DNA of 62,857 nt, filler included, from Polymyxa betae A26-41 (Eukaryota > Protista > Endomyxa: Phytomyxea), in assembly GCA_003693705.1 (NCBI GenBank). It is 5 parts of 5 records of this genome, joined end to end, with 100 filler letters (N's around TTAATTAATTAA, not from the genome) between each part and the next. Parts side by side here need not be neighbours in the genome. Positions count along the whole stretch, not along the records: positions 29,721 to 44,932 come from RBZT01000567.1; positions 45,033 to 54,508 come from RBZT01000838.1; 3 more parts are not named here. One strand, 5' to 3'. Under the pieces are notes generated by a model. It saw only the letters and a program-made list of their open reading frames with translations. It was not told the origin of the DNA and made no database searches. The position numbers were made by a program, and so were the translations under genes. The first letter of the stretch is position 1, and each line of letters begins with the position of its first letter. This document shows positions 37,665-49,662 of the stretch, piece by piece.

Positions 37665-40600
37665 ATGCAGCAGCGGATGATCGCTTCGCTGACGTTCCTC
37701 CTGCTGCTGTTGGCGCTGGCCGTCGTACCGGCCGGCGCCATCCCCGATCGTCGTGCGTTCGTGGACGGGCCCGTACCGGTCACGAAAGCGTCCGTCAAGA
37801 CCTGGGCTGATACGTACGCCTCTATATACAAGGTACAGTGTTGGTCCGATACCGGATGGACCAGTATGACCGGGGATGTGTGTAGGCGTGGCCGAGATTC
37901 CAGTCGAACGGGAAACCGGCTCCGAAACTGGATACGGTGGCCGTGAATGCGACCATCAATCTTAGTAAGAGCAAGAACGTGGTGAATGACGTCGGCGCCA
38001 GTTATGTGGCAGGTACAAACCCTAAACCCTAACTTCCCACCCCAATTTCAACTCCATTGGCCAGGTGTGGGCTCCATTGCCGCCGTCATGATCGGGATCG
38101 GAATCGTAACATTAGTCTTGTCGATTCTGTTCTGCGTCTGTCGATTCTGCTGTAACTGCTGCGGACGCCGCCGACGCACTAAACGATACTCGGCGTCTAT
38201 GGTCTGGACTATGCGCTCAATCATGATCATCTACTTCCTGCTATTATGCGGGGTCGTACTGGTCGCCTACAACGGCATCGCTGGGCTCACATTCACAATC
38301 GACGATATTCAGCAGGTCGCTCATGCTGATATCAATCATTTCACGGATGTTGGCGATATCATCGATATGGGCGCGGACTTTGTGCTCGGCTTCAAACCCA
38401 TCATTGGAACTTTAAACAAGTCCGTACGATTGTCGTCACGGACTCCGTCTCGCTGAATTCTCCACAGAACCGTGTTTGACGTGATTCCAACCGGCGCCGC
38501 ATTGGACCGTCATATTCAATGTATCAACAACGTGGCGTCAATCGGTGACGCCGCCAAGGACGTCCGTAGCGATCTGAGCTCATTGGACGAGGTGAGACCC
38601 TAAAACCCTAACCCTAAACCCTAACCTTGGCCGGCAGGTTGTCCGCGGCCTTCCTGACATGTCCGGCTTGAACCGGACCCTCGGTCAACTGGATGTCAGT
38701 GTAAAGTTACTCCCGGACTTAAATCAGCTCGCCAATCGGATCGGATTTCTGAATTCATCGATTGGGGCCATGCCGGCCCTTGAACCCATTAGTGACGATC
38801 TCACATCGATGAACAGTACAATGCAGTCACTAAAGGCAACAGTGGGTCCAGTCAGTACTCAGATTCAAGGCTAGTACGGTCCGGTGGTGTCCGTCGCAAT
38901 TAGTGATTTGCGGACAGGGTTGCGCTCGACACTGTCGAAGTTCACGACGCAGCCGCTGACCGAGAAGCTCAAGGGGTTCGATGCGTTCTGGGGCCATCTT
39001 CCAGACCTCAACCTGCTCAAGTCCGATGTTAACGTTGCCGATGGCGCCGCCTTCCGTAACATTAACCAGACGTACGACAGTCTGGTCCAGGTAATTCCAT
39101 CTGCCAATGAACGCGCCTTTACTGTCGCATTGATCGCGATATTTTTCAATTTTAGTTTTGAAAGTTTTTGACCTTTTTTTTCCCAAAGCTTGTCGATTTT
39201 GTTTGCTAAATTTCTGTTGATTTTTTCACTCCGTTTTCGCATCGTCTTTAGCATGCTCGTTTCTGGCTGATTGCGCCTTTCTTCAGATGCAAAGTGCCGT
39301 GAACAGAATTCCATCAATTGGCGGGTTTATCGCAGATCTGCAAAATCTGAATGCAACCAAAAACCAGCTGGCCTCATCTCTTGTATTGATCAATCTCATT
39401 CGATCATTGAATGCCTCGCTAAAGGCGATCCCGGATCTGAACCGTATCATGACCTCTATGAAAGGTTTTAAAGCGTTTCTCATCACCGACTATCATCTCG
39501 ATGTGATCAAAGCGAACGTAAGGAGGTCGGTTCGTGCGAGATCGGGTCCGTGACGGACTGCGTAGGTTCGCTCGGCGAATATGTCGATAGCTGCGCAGCC
39601 CAGCCCGCTGAAACTGCTCAAATACATGACCGATATGAAGGCCAGTGTGGCCCAGATCAAGGCCGTCAATTTCTCCGGCATGATTGACAGTATTCAATCA
39701 TTTAATCGAACTATTGGAGAGCTCAACTGTGTCTCTGGCTTAATGGACATGATCATTAACATTAACACGTAACGTGGCTTCATTTCGACGAAAACAGAAA
39801 AAAATTGACCTTTTTCCGAAAGTTCCGATTGTTTTGATGCTTTTGAATTCGCTGCACTGTGGTCTGGAACATTCCATATTGATCGGTCCGTGTAGGTCTT
39901 TGGTCGTACTGCCCAGCAGTATCAGTCAAGTGACGGATATGTGGGACCAGGTGAAGCCGCAGATCGCCAATATGAGCTCGCAGCAGGCCAGCTTGCAGTC
40001 CGGAGTCGATTCCATCAAGAAGATGAATTCATCGCTGGACAATCTCCCGAATTTCGATGATATCATCACCAAGATCAAACAGATGAATTCCAGTAGTGGA
40101 AGTCTACCAAATCTATCACAGGTCCCGTCAATCCACCTCATATTTAAACTGCAGATTAAAGTTTTTTTTTTCATTTTTCGCAAAAAGCAAATCTTTTTTG
40201 TTGGATCTCTCAAATGGCTCCTGTCATGATGTTTTTTCGTTGTTCCTGTTGATTTGCGTTTCTCAAAAGCTGTCTACGTTACGCAGTGACTGACGGAGTT
40301 GCATGTGCAGGTGTATGATCAGATCACGGACTTGAACAAGACCCTGCATGATGTCCCCAATATGGACACCTACATCAACAACACCGCCAAGCTGAATTCG
40401 TCTCTAAAGGTGGGCTGGATTTGCGCATGTTTGCAAAACCCTAAAACCCTAGTCTAGGTTGCCAACCTGGACGATACTGTGTCGAGTCTACAGACCATGA
40501 ACTCGCAGTTACATTCAATGCCTCCGCTACAGCCACATATTGACAACATGGTCAAACTTAACGACACACTCAGTACGCACTTTCCTGTCCGATTTGTGAA

Positions 40601-43412
40601 ATCCGCACTGAACCACGGTGTCCGCAGCGGTCTTGAAACCCGCCCTATCCGGCGTTTTGACGGTGCTGGCGCCAAGGCCGTCAAACGCTCCGTTCGGATA
40701 CTCGCAGGTAGCGTCTGGTCTTGTGAGCGGTATCACGCAACTACAGGTAATGTTACACCATCAGACGGACTTTTTCATTTCAGTCATTTTTTCAATTTTT
40801 TGAGGATTTTTTTCATATTCAGCTTTGAAAAAAAAGGCTTGATAGAAGTATCCCAATCCTGGTTTATTGGGAGTTGCTCACGGACTTATTTTGCACACTA
40901 CAGACAACCAACAGCACACGGCCTGATAACAGCGCCTTGGTCAACAATATGGACCAGCTCAATAACACTGTCGCCACCATGCCAGACTTAACATCGACAC
41001 AGACCAGTATCACGAACCTGAACGGGTCGCTGACATCGTTCCCGGTCGGGTCACATCTAGGGTTTAGGGTTCTAGGGTCTGACCCTCGAAACACAGGATG
41101 TGGCTGCCCTCAAGGCCAAGATCGCCTCGCTGCAGACCAGTCTGGAGACGCAACCCGATTTCAACGCGCTCATAAAGCAGCTGCGGGACCTGAACAAGAC
41201 CGTACTGGCCCTGCCGAACCTTCCATCGACCCAGGCCCAGGTCCTGGATGTGAAGAAGAGCGCGGACAGCGCCAACATCAATGGAACGATCTCGCAGCTC
41301 AATCAGGTCGCTGATATTGAGCTGGGTGGATCGGCCACCTCCCAACTGGATAATATCAAGGATATGTCAGCGAAACTTGATATGGGCATGTTATTCAACA
41401 TGGTCGATAGCGGTAAGAGGGTTTTTCTGGTTTCAATCTCTCTATGGCGCAGTTTTCCGAAACACTTGTCTAGTTTTGCGCAGTTTGCTTTTGTTGCAAT
41501 TTTTATTTTTAGTTCGTTTCGCAAATGTCTCTTTCTGTTTCATTCTTCGGAAAGTGTGCACAACTGATAGGTTTTTTGTGTCTTTCTGGTTTCTATTTCT
41601 TTATTACGCAGTTTTCCGTCTTGTTTTGCACAATCTGTATTTTTTTCGCACATTGTTTCATCACGCAAGAGTCTCTTTCAGTTTCCAATTCTGCGGAAAT
41701 TGCGCGCAACTGTGTGTTTCTTCTTTCATCCTTTTTGGGGTTTCGGTTGCTGAGACTTGACCTATCAGCTGCGAACAACGTCAGCAAGTACAATGCGGTC
41801 GTGAACGATACTCGCGCCACTGCACTGGCCAGGGTCGATGGCCCTATAGCTCAGTACGGCCCGCTGGATTCGTTCCGTATTATGGGCATGACCGGCCTGA
41901 TGTTGATCCCGTTGGTGGTGGCCCTGCTTGGTCTATGTTCGGTTGTGTGCCGATGTGGATGTGGCTCTATGTGCATGGCCTTGATATTCATCTATATGTC
42001 GTTCTTCTATTACATATTGGCAGCACTGTTCACCACTCCTACCGTCTTAGTCTCAGATTTCTGCGGTGTCTCCAACGACATTGTACGATTTTAAGCAATT
42101 CTGTTTTTGATTTTTTTTTTTTTTTTCTTCAACTTTCTGTTTGATGGTTCTTCATTCTGTTCTAGTTGTTGCATTGACATTTTTGTCATCTTTAATTCTT
42201 GGCTACTCTTCAGGAGTTTCTTTTTATTAAATTGTTCGACTGGGTTTGACGGAGTGTGATCTAGGCGTTGCATGCGAGCGATCTATCCGGAGCCGAGATC
42301 CTGAGCAGGAACCTGTCGTCGTTTCTTTCACCGAATATAACTGGGTATATTCCAGCCCAGGACCAATATGTTCTGGGCGATCGTCTCTCCGATTACGTTA
42401 GCTACTACTTCGTCTGTCCAACGGGCGGGTACGTCCCTGCATTGATCAAAGACCTCCCAGATGTCGCATTGCATGCCTTACATGAACGGGTAATCGAATC
42501 CTCACAGTCTTTTAAGCTTTTGCATTTTTCCGAATCTTTTTAATCTTTTTGTGGCATTGTGAATCTTGCTGTCATAAACTAGACAAAAACTGAAGCAAAT
42601 TTCACATTTGTGACGATCTCAATCGTGATAACATAAATGTTGACAAAAAACTAAAACAATGTTTCAGGCGCCTATCTCGTCGATGGTTAGCGATCTTGAA
42701 TCTTCGGCCAATGTTAAGTTCGTGCCAAAGATCATGAGAATCGTTGATGATTTTAGTGGTAAGTGTGCGGCGGACTCCGTACGGACCTGAACAACTCAAC
42801 GTGGCATGTGCAGAGCACCTGGACTCGTCTCGGGACGTCCTGGTTAGTGTTCAGGACTTCCTGTTCTGCGATAACGTTACTCCGTATCTGCAATCCACAC
42901 TGGACATCATGTGTGTCAATGTCCGCAACGGACTCGTCATCTTCTCCTTCTCGCTCTTCCTACTGGCTGTTCTTATGTAACATTAAGCTTCTCATTTATG
43001 AATTTGATACTTATTCGAATTTCAAGTTATCATACTTTGAATCATCTTATTTTGTTCGACTTTTGTATAAACTTGCTGGAAATTTTGAACTTCTCAAATT
43101 CTTCACTTTTTGCCATATTTTATTCGAGAGTTTTTTATCGCTGCTGGATGTTTCAGTCGTTTCCCAGAAACGTAATCAATATGGTCGTGCAGGTCCGTCG
43201 GAGTGTGTTGTGGAGTGCTCGGATTCAAACGCCTGCAAAGGCAGAACCGTGTCCAAGACGATCCCGGCGATGACGATGAGAACGACCTGGAAGCGCAAGG
43301 CGGTGCGCTGGCCGTACCGGCCATCAGCATGGCTGGACAGCCAGTCGCATTCAGCCGCGCGTTCGTACCGGCCGTAGGCGCAACCTCCACGCCCTCGCTG
43401 AACCAGAAATAG
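37665..43412 (+). CDS. Prominin/tweety-like 5-TM glycoprotein with a greatly expanded first extracellular loop; one in-frame TAG
   Basis: Signal peptide; TM1 + CRFCCNCC; TM2; repetitive loop; TM3/TM4 + VSDFC; second Cys loop; TM5 + GFKRL. All traced GT-AG introns keep frame; TAG at 38872-38874. Confidence 0.8.
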
Positions 43413-43606
43413 CAAAGTGAACCTTATCTGCGGGTTCTTTGTCACCAATAAAACACATCAATTTGCTTCGCAAGCTATGATTGAGGTTTAGGAGTTCATG
43501 ATAATGAAAATTGCACCAGACAAAAAAAACGCCCTGAACCAGAATCGAACTCAGGACCTTGGGATGACTTCAGTGCTAACGGCTCATTTTTGATCGAGAT
43601 TCCATT

Positions 43607-44932
43607 CTAGCTTTTGCATTCCGATGCCGCGCCCGCTTCTTCTCGACGTTCGTCGTCTTGTCGACGCTCGTCTCCTTGTCGATGTTCGTCTTCTTGTCGA
43701 CGTTCGTCTTCTTGTCGAAGTTCGTCTTCTGGTCGACGTTCGTCTTCGTGTCGACGTTCGTCTTCAGGTTGTAGGATGATACAGGCCGTGGGACTGATGG
43801 GCTGAATGGAAACAACAGGTTCGGCACGCAGAAACCGCGGCAGGTTCTCTGGTAAAAAGGCACGACGCGGCAATCGCATTCGGAACGGTGCGACTACCGC
43901 GGCCTCAATCCACTTCATGTGTAACGTATCGGCTGCACAGTAACGCCGTGACGGATTCTTGGACAGCAGTCGCCTCACAGAGTGGATCACATCATTCGAC
44001 CCGCCGCCACGTTTAATGTTGAGCTCCAAGTTGCCACGATTTGCCTGTCTCAACCAGCCGGTTATCATTAGCGTAACGTAATCAGTGAGTGTGTTACGGC
44101 ATGAACTTCGGAGCGTGTTGCTCCTGGAGTTAATAGACGATATATGATAGCACCAACACTCCACATATCAGCTTTCGGACCAACACGAGCTCCACTTTGT
44201 ACTTCAGGTGCAATATAAGATCTCGTCTCACTATCTAATGCTGATACAAAGAACTTCCGTAGACCGATATCAACCATCTGCAGACACAGCGCGTTAACTT
44301 TTCAAAAGCTTCGGATAAAAAACAACGAAATATTCCTGAAAATAGCATACGAATACAGTGATGAAAGCTCGGAAAAACCAATGTGCTTGACAATACTGAC
44401 AAAATCCAAATGATATGAAGTGAGACTCTGTGTCTAGGGTTTTAGGGTTTCCCTGGGTACCTGAACAAAGTGCTGCCGTAACGAGTCCATACGTAGGACG
44501 ATGTTGGCGGGGCCGAACGCCCTACAAACAGATTCAGTATAACTCGTAGGTGGGAGGGCGTACTGGCCCTGACCCAAGGGCCATGCCCTGACTGTGCAGG
44601 TATGTGAGTCCTGAGATCACCTGACGCATGATCAAGGCCACGCTGTTGACTGGCAGGGCACCACGAGCTCTGATAATCTCGTCCATACGGATCCAATCTG
44701 AACATCATTATCAGCCAAGGGCCGTGCTGGGCGCGTAGGATGAACAAATAGACACCATAGAATACAGCAGAATGATGAAAAATCGATATATCATGAAAAG
44801 AAAATCCGATAAAGGTTTGAGAATGTGGTAGAAAAAGGAACCAAACTATTATTATACGATTACCAAAGGTAAAGACCGTAGCATGAGCAAGGTTCACAAA
44901 AATAAAGGACAGGAAATCAAAACAATTCGGAG
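43607..44932 (-). CDS. Pseudokinase copy 2 (3' part), inverted paralog of 32589-36092; truncated by the gap
   Basis: Same exons as copy 1, with intact GT donor and AAA codon; extra 6-aa repeats near the C-terminus. Confidence 0.8.
43640..43765 (-). repeat. 18-bp coding minisatellite, about 7 units (EDERRx)
   Basis: EDERRH EDERRP EDELRQ EDERRQ EDEHRQ GDERRQ DDERRE; a single unit in copy 1. Confidence 0.9.
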
Positions 44933-45032
44933 NNNNNNNNNNNNNNNNNNNNNNNNNNNNNNNNNNNNNNNNNNNNTTAATTAATTAANNNNNNNNNNNN
45001 NNNNNNNNNNNNNNNNNNNNNNNNNNNNNNNN
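44933..45032. other. Artificial contig linker
   Basis: N44-TTAATTAATTAA-N44. Confidence 0.98.
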
Positions 45033-45256
45033 GGTCCCGATAGAAATGTGTATTTTCTGCATAATTTGCAAAAAAAGAATGAGAGAGCACAAATAATTGT
45101 AAGAAATAGAATGCGCACTTTTTGTGTTTTAGGGGCGCAGCCCACCGCTGTTAGCGATTTTTAGCCAGATGCGATGTTGGGGGTAAAACGGGAAAGAGTT
45201 TCTTTTCGGTCAAACGTTTGCCGAGATGGGTTCTCGCTTTCCGCATGCAAAAACGA

Positions 45257-45329
45257 TTCCGGTACGGGGAATCGAACCCCGGTCTCCTACGTGAGAGGCA
45301 GGTATACTAAACCCCTGTACTATACCGGA
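45257..45329 (-). tRNA. tRNA-Glu (CTC)
   Basis: TCCGGTA...TACCGGA acceptor stem; CCTGC-CT-CTC-AC-GTAGG anticodon arm; GGTTCGATTCC T-arm; T5 terminator just downstream. Confidence 0.95.
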
Positions 45330-45528
45330 AGTTTCACGTTTTCTCTTTATCTGAGGTTCGTAATGAGGTAATCCGGGTTTCAGGAATGGTATTGGTGTGA
45401 CATGTTCCGGGAGTTGAGTTAGCGTGATTGAGCCCTTTTGATATCTCGAGATTGTTGCAGCAGTGCAAAGAATGAACGAAGCTTTTGGACTCCTTTTCTA
45501 GCTAGTCGCTTCTTTTCCAACAGGGGCG

Positions 45529-45800
45529 AGCCTCGGAACCCTTCGGAGCACGCGTGTCGTAACATAAGAATATCATTTCGACATGTCCTTGGTGTAGCTG
45601 TAGAGAATCCATAGAGCAATATCCGTACTGGCTTCTATGGAGCTGTCGTTAGAAATCGTGTAGTCAGAGAGAGGGAGGACGGTACTTTCTGGAAACGGAA
45701 AACGGGCAGCTCTACTGCCGACGCTGCCCATCCGTCAGTGCTGCGTAAAACCCTGAGTTTGTGATTCACTCAAGCCGATGGATTACCAGCGATTGAGGCT
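45529..45800 (+). ncRNA. Candidate structured RNA with RNase P RNA-like motif order
   Basis: Closing helix 45529-36/45793-800; AATCCAT/ATGGATT pairing; helix enclosing AGAAA...TGGAAAC; AGTGC; T8 run at 45845. Confidence 0.35.
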
Positions 45801-47410
45801 GGTCCAAGACCTCTAAATGCAGAGATCGGATCGGATTTGACTTGTTTTTTTTGCTGCAATCAATAACAAGTATTTTGTCACTAACGGAGGCTGGACATAA
45901 TCCAGCTTATGGGGTCCTCGACAGTTCTCACAGTCGTCTTCCGACCTGACAATATTTCACCCATTCTGATGAAAAATCTTTCATGTTCGGCCTTTTCGAT
46001 ACCAAACAGGAACGGGATTCGCTTTCCGCTTGCTAGCTCAAAGATCCTTCGTGCTAGATTTTGAGCAAAAAATCGCATCGCTTTTTCACTATGCACATCT
46101 TCTCATTCACATACAATATATGCGATACGGAAACATTGGGGCTAGTACGACCCCTGATTCGAGGCTTCATTCATTGTAACGCGCGGTTCCGCAGACGACT
46201 TCCGTACCAGAGAGCCGATTGTCGCTCTCCACAGCGACGACAATCCTATATGAATCCGCCAGAGCATCCGGCTGCGAGCGATCTCGAACGAAATTTTCAT
46301 TTAGAAGAACGACGATGTGAATCACCTCTGGATTGTGTCTATCTAGCTGCGAAGAGACCAACTGAAGAACTACTTTTAATTTTTAGAAAAAAATTGAGGT
46401 AGCAGCAATGCCATCTGCTTTCTGGACTGTTCGCAGCCGACGACTTTCATTATGAACAATACAGATTCAAGCTGAACAAATTCACATTATCATTGCATAT
46501 ACGAATCTTGACAGCTTGAAATGGCCATCGTGCTTCCAGCCTAGAATGACAGGGTTGGAGCATTGTGATTAAAAAGGAATCAAAGGGAAATGGAGAATCC
46601 GGTTAACGTTTAAATGACGTATAACAAAATTTCATTGAACATAAAACTGTGGCACATTTCCCAGCCGACAAAAGCGGAGGCAAACCATCAGATGCAATCG
46701 GTTGCTGTAAATTCGGCCTTCATGATTGGCCTTCTGACAATGCAATCAGCCTTCGGAATGTCGTTATTCATAATGATCTTGAAGTCGCAATGGCCTCCCT
46801 TGAGAAAAGCCGTCTTGTGAGTATGGTCTACTGTATTCCGTATTCTCATTCCAATACCTTCAAGAATTTCTGAGCGATGTCTCAAGTTACTAAATTTTGT
46901 CAGATTCATGTGTTTCCTCGTCCGATCCTGTGTTAATACTGTAGCAGATCTATATAGCGCTTGCTTTGTAACTCTCTTAAAACACGAAAAATAATTCTTC
47001 TATTACGATTTATAAAAGTTACAAGCATTTAACCCTGTGTGATTATACGAATGCCCATACAACAGCGCCAAAGGCCAACATGAAGGTGAATGCGAAGGCC
47101 AAACCATTGTAGCCCCAACAAGCGACGCAGCCTCCCTGAATGTTGGCGCAGTCCGGGGCTCCACTTGAATCATTATTGTTTCGAGACTCTCTTCTCTCTA
47201 TCGTGTTCTTTTTCATAATGCTGAGCGGGCGATTTGTGTCCAGCTGGTAAGATGAAATGCCTCCCTTCAAGGGTGATGTTGATCTGGGAATGTAGTGGTA
47301 GCCGCCGTAATCTTCCTGCCTCGGTTACCGCAGGACGAGACTTATCTACCGGCACCCTCAACCGGCGACCGGTCAGAAACCGTTTCGAACAAAATGTTCA
47401 TGGAGGGTTC

Positions 47411-48102
47411 ATGCCCATCGCTTACCAAGACGTGAAGCGCAAGTTGATTTATGATGAGTACTGTGAACATGGATTCGGAGACGCCATGGCTAACGGGATC
47501 TATCGCGACTGGCGAAGCCTGTTCAGTGTAGAAGGATGGTCAGATCCCAGCGAAAAAGGGCATACGAAATCGAAACCGTTCGAGTTCGATATATATGTTC
47601 GAATTATGGATTCTGTTCGCCGCACCCTTTTTGATATATTTGGCGGCGCAAACAATATCGACCGCTCTGTCAATGTTAATTGCCCTCCGATTGAAGAGAT
47701 GATCATCGCTCCAGGACAGACACTACATTTCGAAATTACAGAAGACCCGAGACTTTTCAGTAAGAAGTTGTTCCAAATTCAGCATCTTCACTGTCTGCGG
47801 AGTGTAATAACCGATCTTTCGGAACCTACCGCAGCCGGCCTAATCATCGACGGCGATATCCGTGGTTTTGGGCTCGCTGCAGAGAAGAGAGTCGAGACAT
47901 CCAAAATTGTGACCTCTCATCCGGAAAAACACCCCGAGATCTCGGTCTTCATATTCCTTTCGAAAACGTTCATCTGGAACTAAGGGAGCTGAAGAAAGAA
48001 ATTTATAATATGAAGAAAGAATTATCTCATCTGAAACAGGAGCAATTAGAGATGAAGGGCGATATCAAAAAGATATTATGGAAGCTATTTCGAGAAGAAT
48101 AA
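47411..48102 (+). pseudogene. Fragment of a possible PD-(D/E)xK nuclease-like (Crinkler C-terminal-like) protein with coiled-coil tail
   Basis: FEFDIY...FEIT spacing; frameshift before ELKKEIYNMKKELSHLKQEQLEMK. Confidence 0.35.
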
Positions 48103-48588
48103 TGCTGTTTCAAAAATTGCTCTATCTCATGATATAATAATTATCAAGGTGTGGGCTAAAACTTCTCAATTGCAGATTAGGTACGTACGTAGTTTCTAAA
48201 TTAACGCTATCGTTTCGTCAGGAAAGAATGTCGCCGTCGCCAGCTCGACCCCCACGTCGCCGTCGTGGTCAGTATCCTCCCGCCGTGCTGAAGAGGCGTC
48301 GACAGTATGACCGCCATTATATGGCAAATCAACGGGAGCAAGAAAGGGTCGCAAGAGAGCAGTCGGAAGTCGCCATAGTGGAGCTCACTGCTGAACGAGA
48401 AAAATCGCAAGACAAGTCCGGCCCTCGATTGCGCGTCTTAAGGCACCTGTTTTAGAGCTGGAAACAGCACTACAGGAGTGTCAAAAAACCATGCAGCACA
48501 AGAGGAATGTCAAAGTAATGCCTTTACCCGCCAATTGCGACCAAAACCGCGAGCTAATCGCAAATAATCACAATTATTATATTTTAAA

Positions 48589-49061
48589 TTAAAGATCGAA
48601 TCTCAACAAGCTATCAAATGTCAGCAATCGTAGTATCTTGATGGATAGTGGTATATTCGTCTGCGCGCTTTTCGAACGATGGCACTCTTCGAGAGCCTTC
48701 CAAGCTTGACTCGGATTGCTAGTATCGTAATGGACATCCATCTGATCCGGCTCCATGGCTCCAATAATCAACGAATAGCATAGGTCCGAGTCCGACTCGC
48801 TCGCATCATCCTGGAGCAGGAGATGTCCCATTTTCAATCCCCGAAGAAACGCAAACGAGAGCCTCGACCAATTCTTCGCATTCAGCCTTGGACCTGGAAA
48901 GACGATCGTATCGTGGCCTGGGCCCAACCTGTTGGTTGCAGTCCGATTTGCTTGATCCGTCTCTCTCGTCGGTCATAACTCACAAACGATGGACACAGAC
49001 AATTAGAACACAATATAAGAGAATATTATATTATATATTAAGGGTGTCCGCAAATGTGACA
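48589..49061 (-). mobile_element. Truncated Ty1/copia element: short LTR, PBS-like site and gag N-terminus
   Basis: TGT...CCAACA (49061-48930) followed by GGTTGGGCCCAG (cf. copia PBS GGTTATGGGCCCAG); gag-like FPGPRLNAKNW...SLIIGAM...AWKALEE. Confidence 0.7.
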
Positions 49062-49122
49062 GATCTTTGACCTCTAGGTTTATGGCTGTTTAGTAGAAGG
49101 CGATCGTGAACCGGTCAAGTCC

Positions 49123-49662
49123 GTGGAGTTTCTTGCCAAACAGTCCTGGTTTCAGGACAATATTCACGAAATTTTCTTCAAAGGGCCTGTTGACAAAGCT
49201 CTACACACAAACCTGTTTAATCATCTCGTGATTTCTAAGAAATCCAAACTGGCCACGGCATTGCTGTCGATCGAGACTCTCCGACTGTACACGTTCGATA
49301 CGCAACGCGGCATGAGGTCCGCGGATGCAGCGCATTTGGATACGATCTTCAAGCGGCCGGACCAAGGACCGGATGTTTTCGCTGACCTCCGCCGGAGTCC
49401 GGAATTTCTCCACAAACTCCTGTCTCCTGCGGGCTACCCGCCGAAATTCAAATTTCTGCAGTATCTGAAATGGTCTGTTGGTAGGGGACATTACTCCGTG
49501 TTCCGGACCATGACCAAAATTCAATGTCTGAAACAAATTCTGGATGAGTATCACGATGTTCTTTGTACAATTGGACACGATGCGGCCTATCTCAAGGCCG
49601 TGGGAAGATACTCGCCCAAATCGGCTGTTCGCAACTATTTATCCAAATGGATTCATAAATGA
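49123..49662 (+). pseudogene. 5'-truncated helical effector-like ORF next to the copia LTR
   Basis: 179 open codons without an ATG start or signal peptide; AATAAA just after the stop. Confidence 0.4.

Noticed and set aside
12433-38874. Stop-codon reassignment suggested by in-frame TAA/TAG
   Set aside because: TAG, TGA and TAA end other genes here, and the paralog has AAA where copy 1 has TAA, so these are mutations
45746-45754. TAAAACCCT as a telomerase RNA template
   Set aside because: Only one repeat plus one base, such motifs are common here, and no convincing downstream pseudoknot
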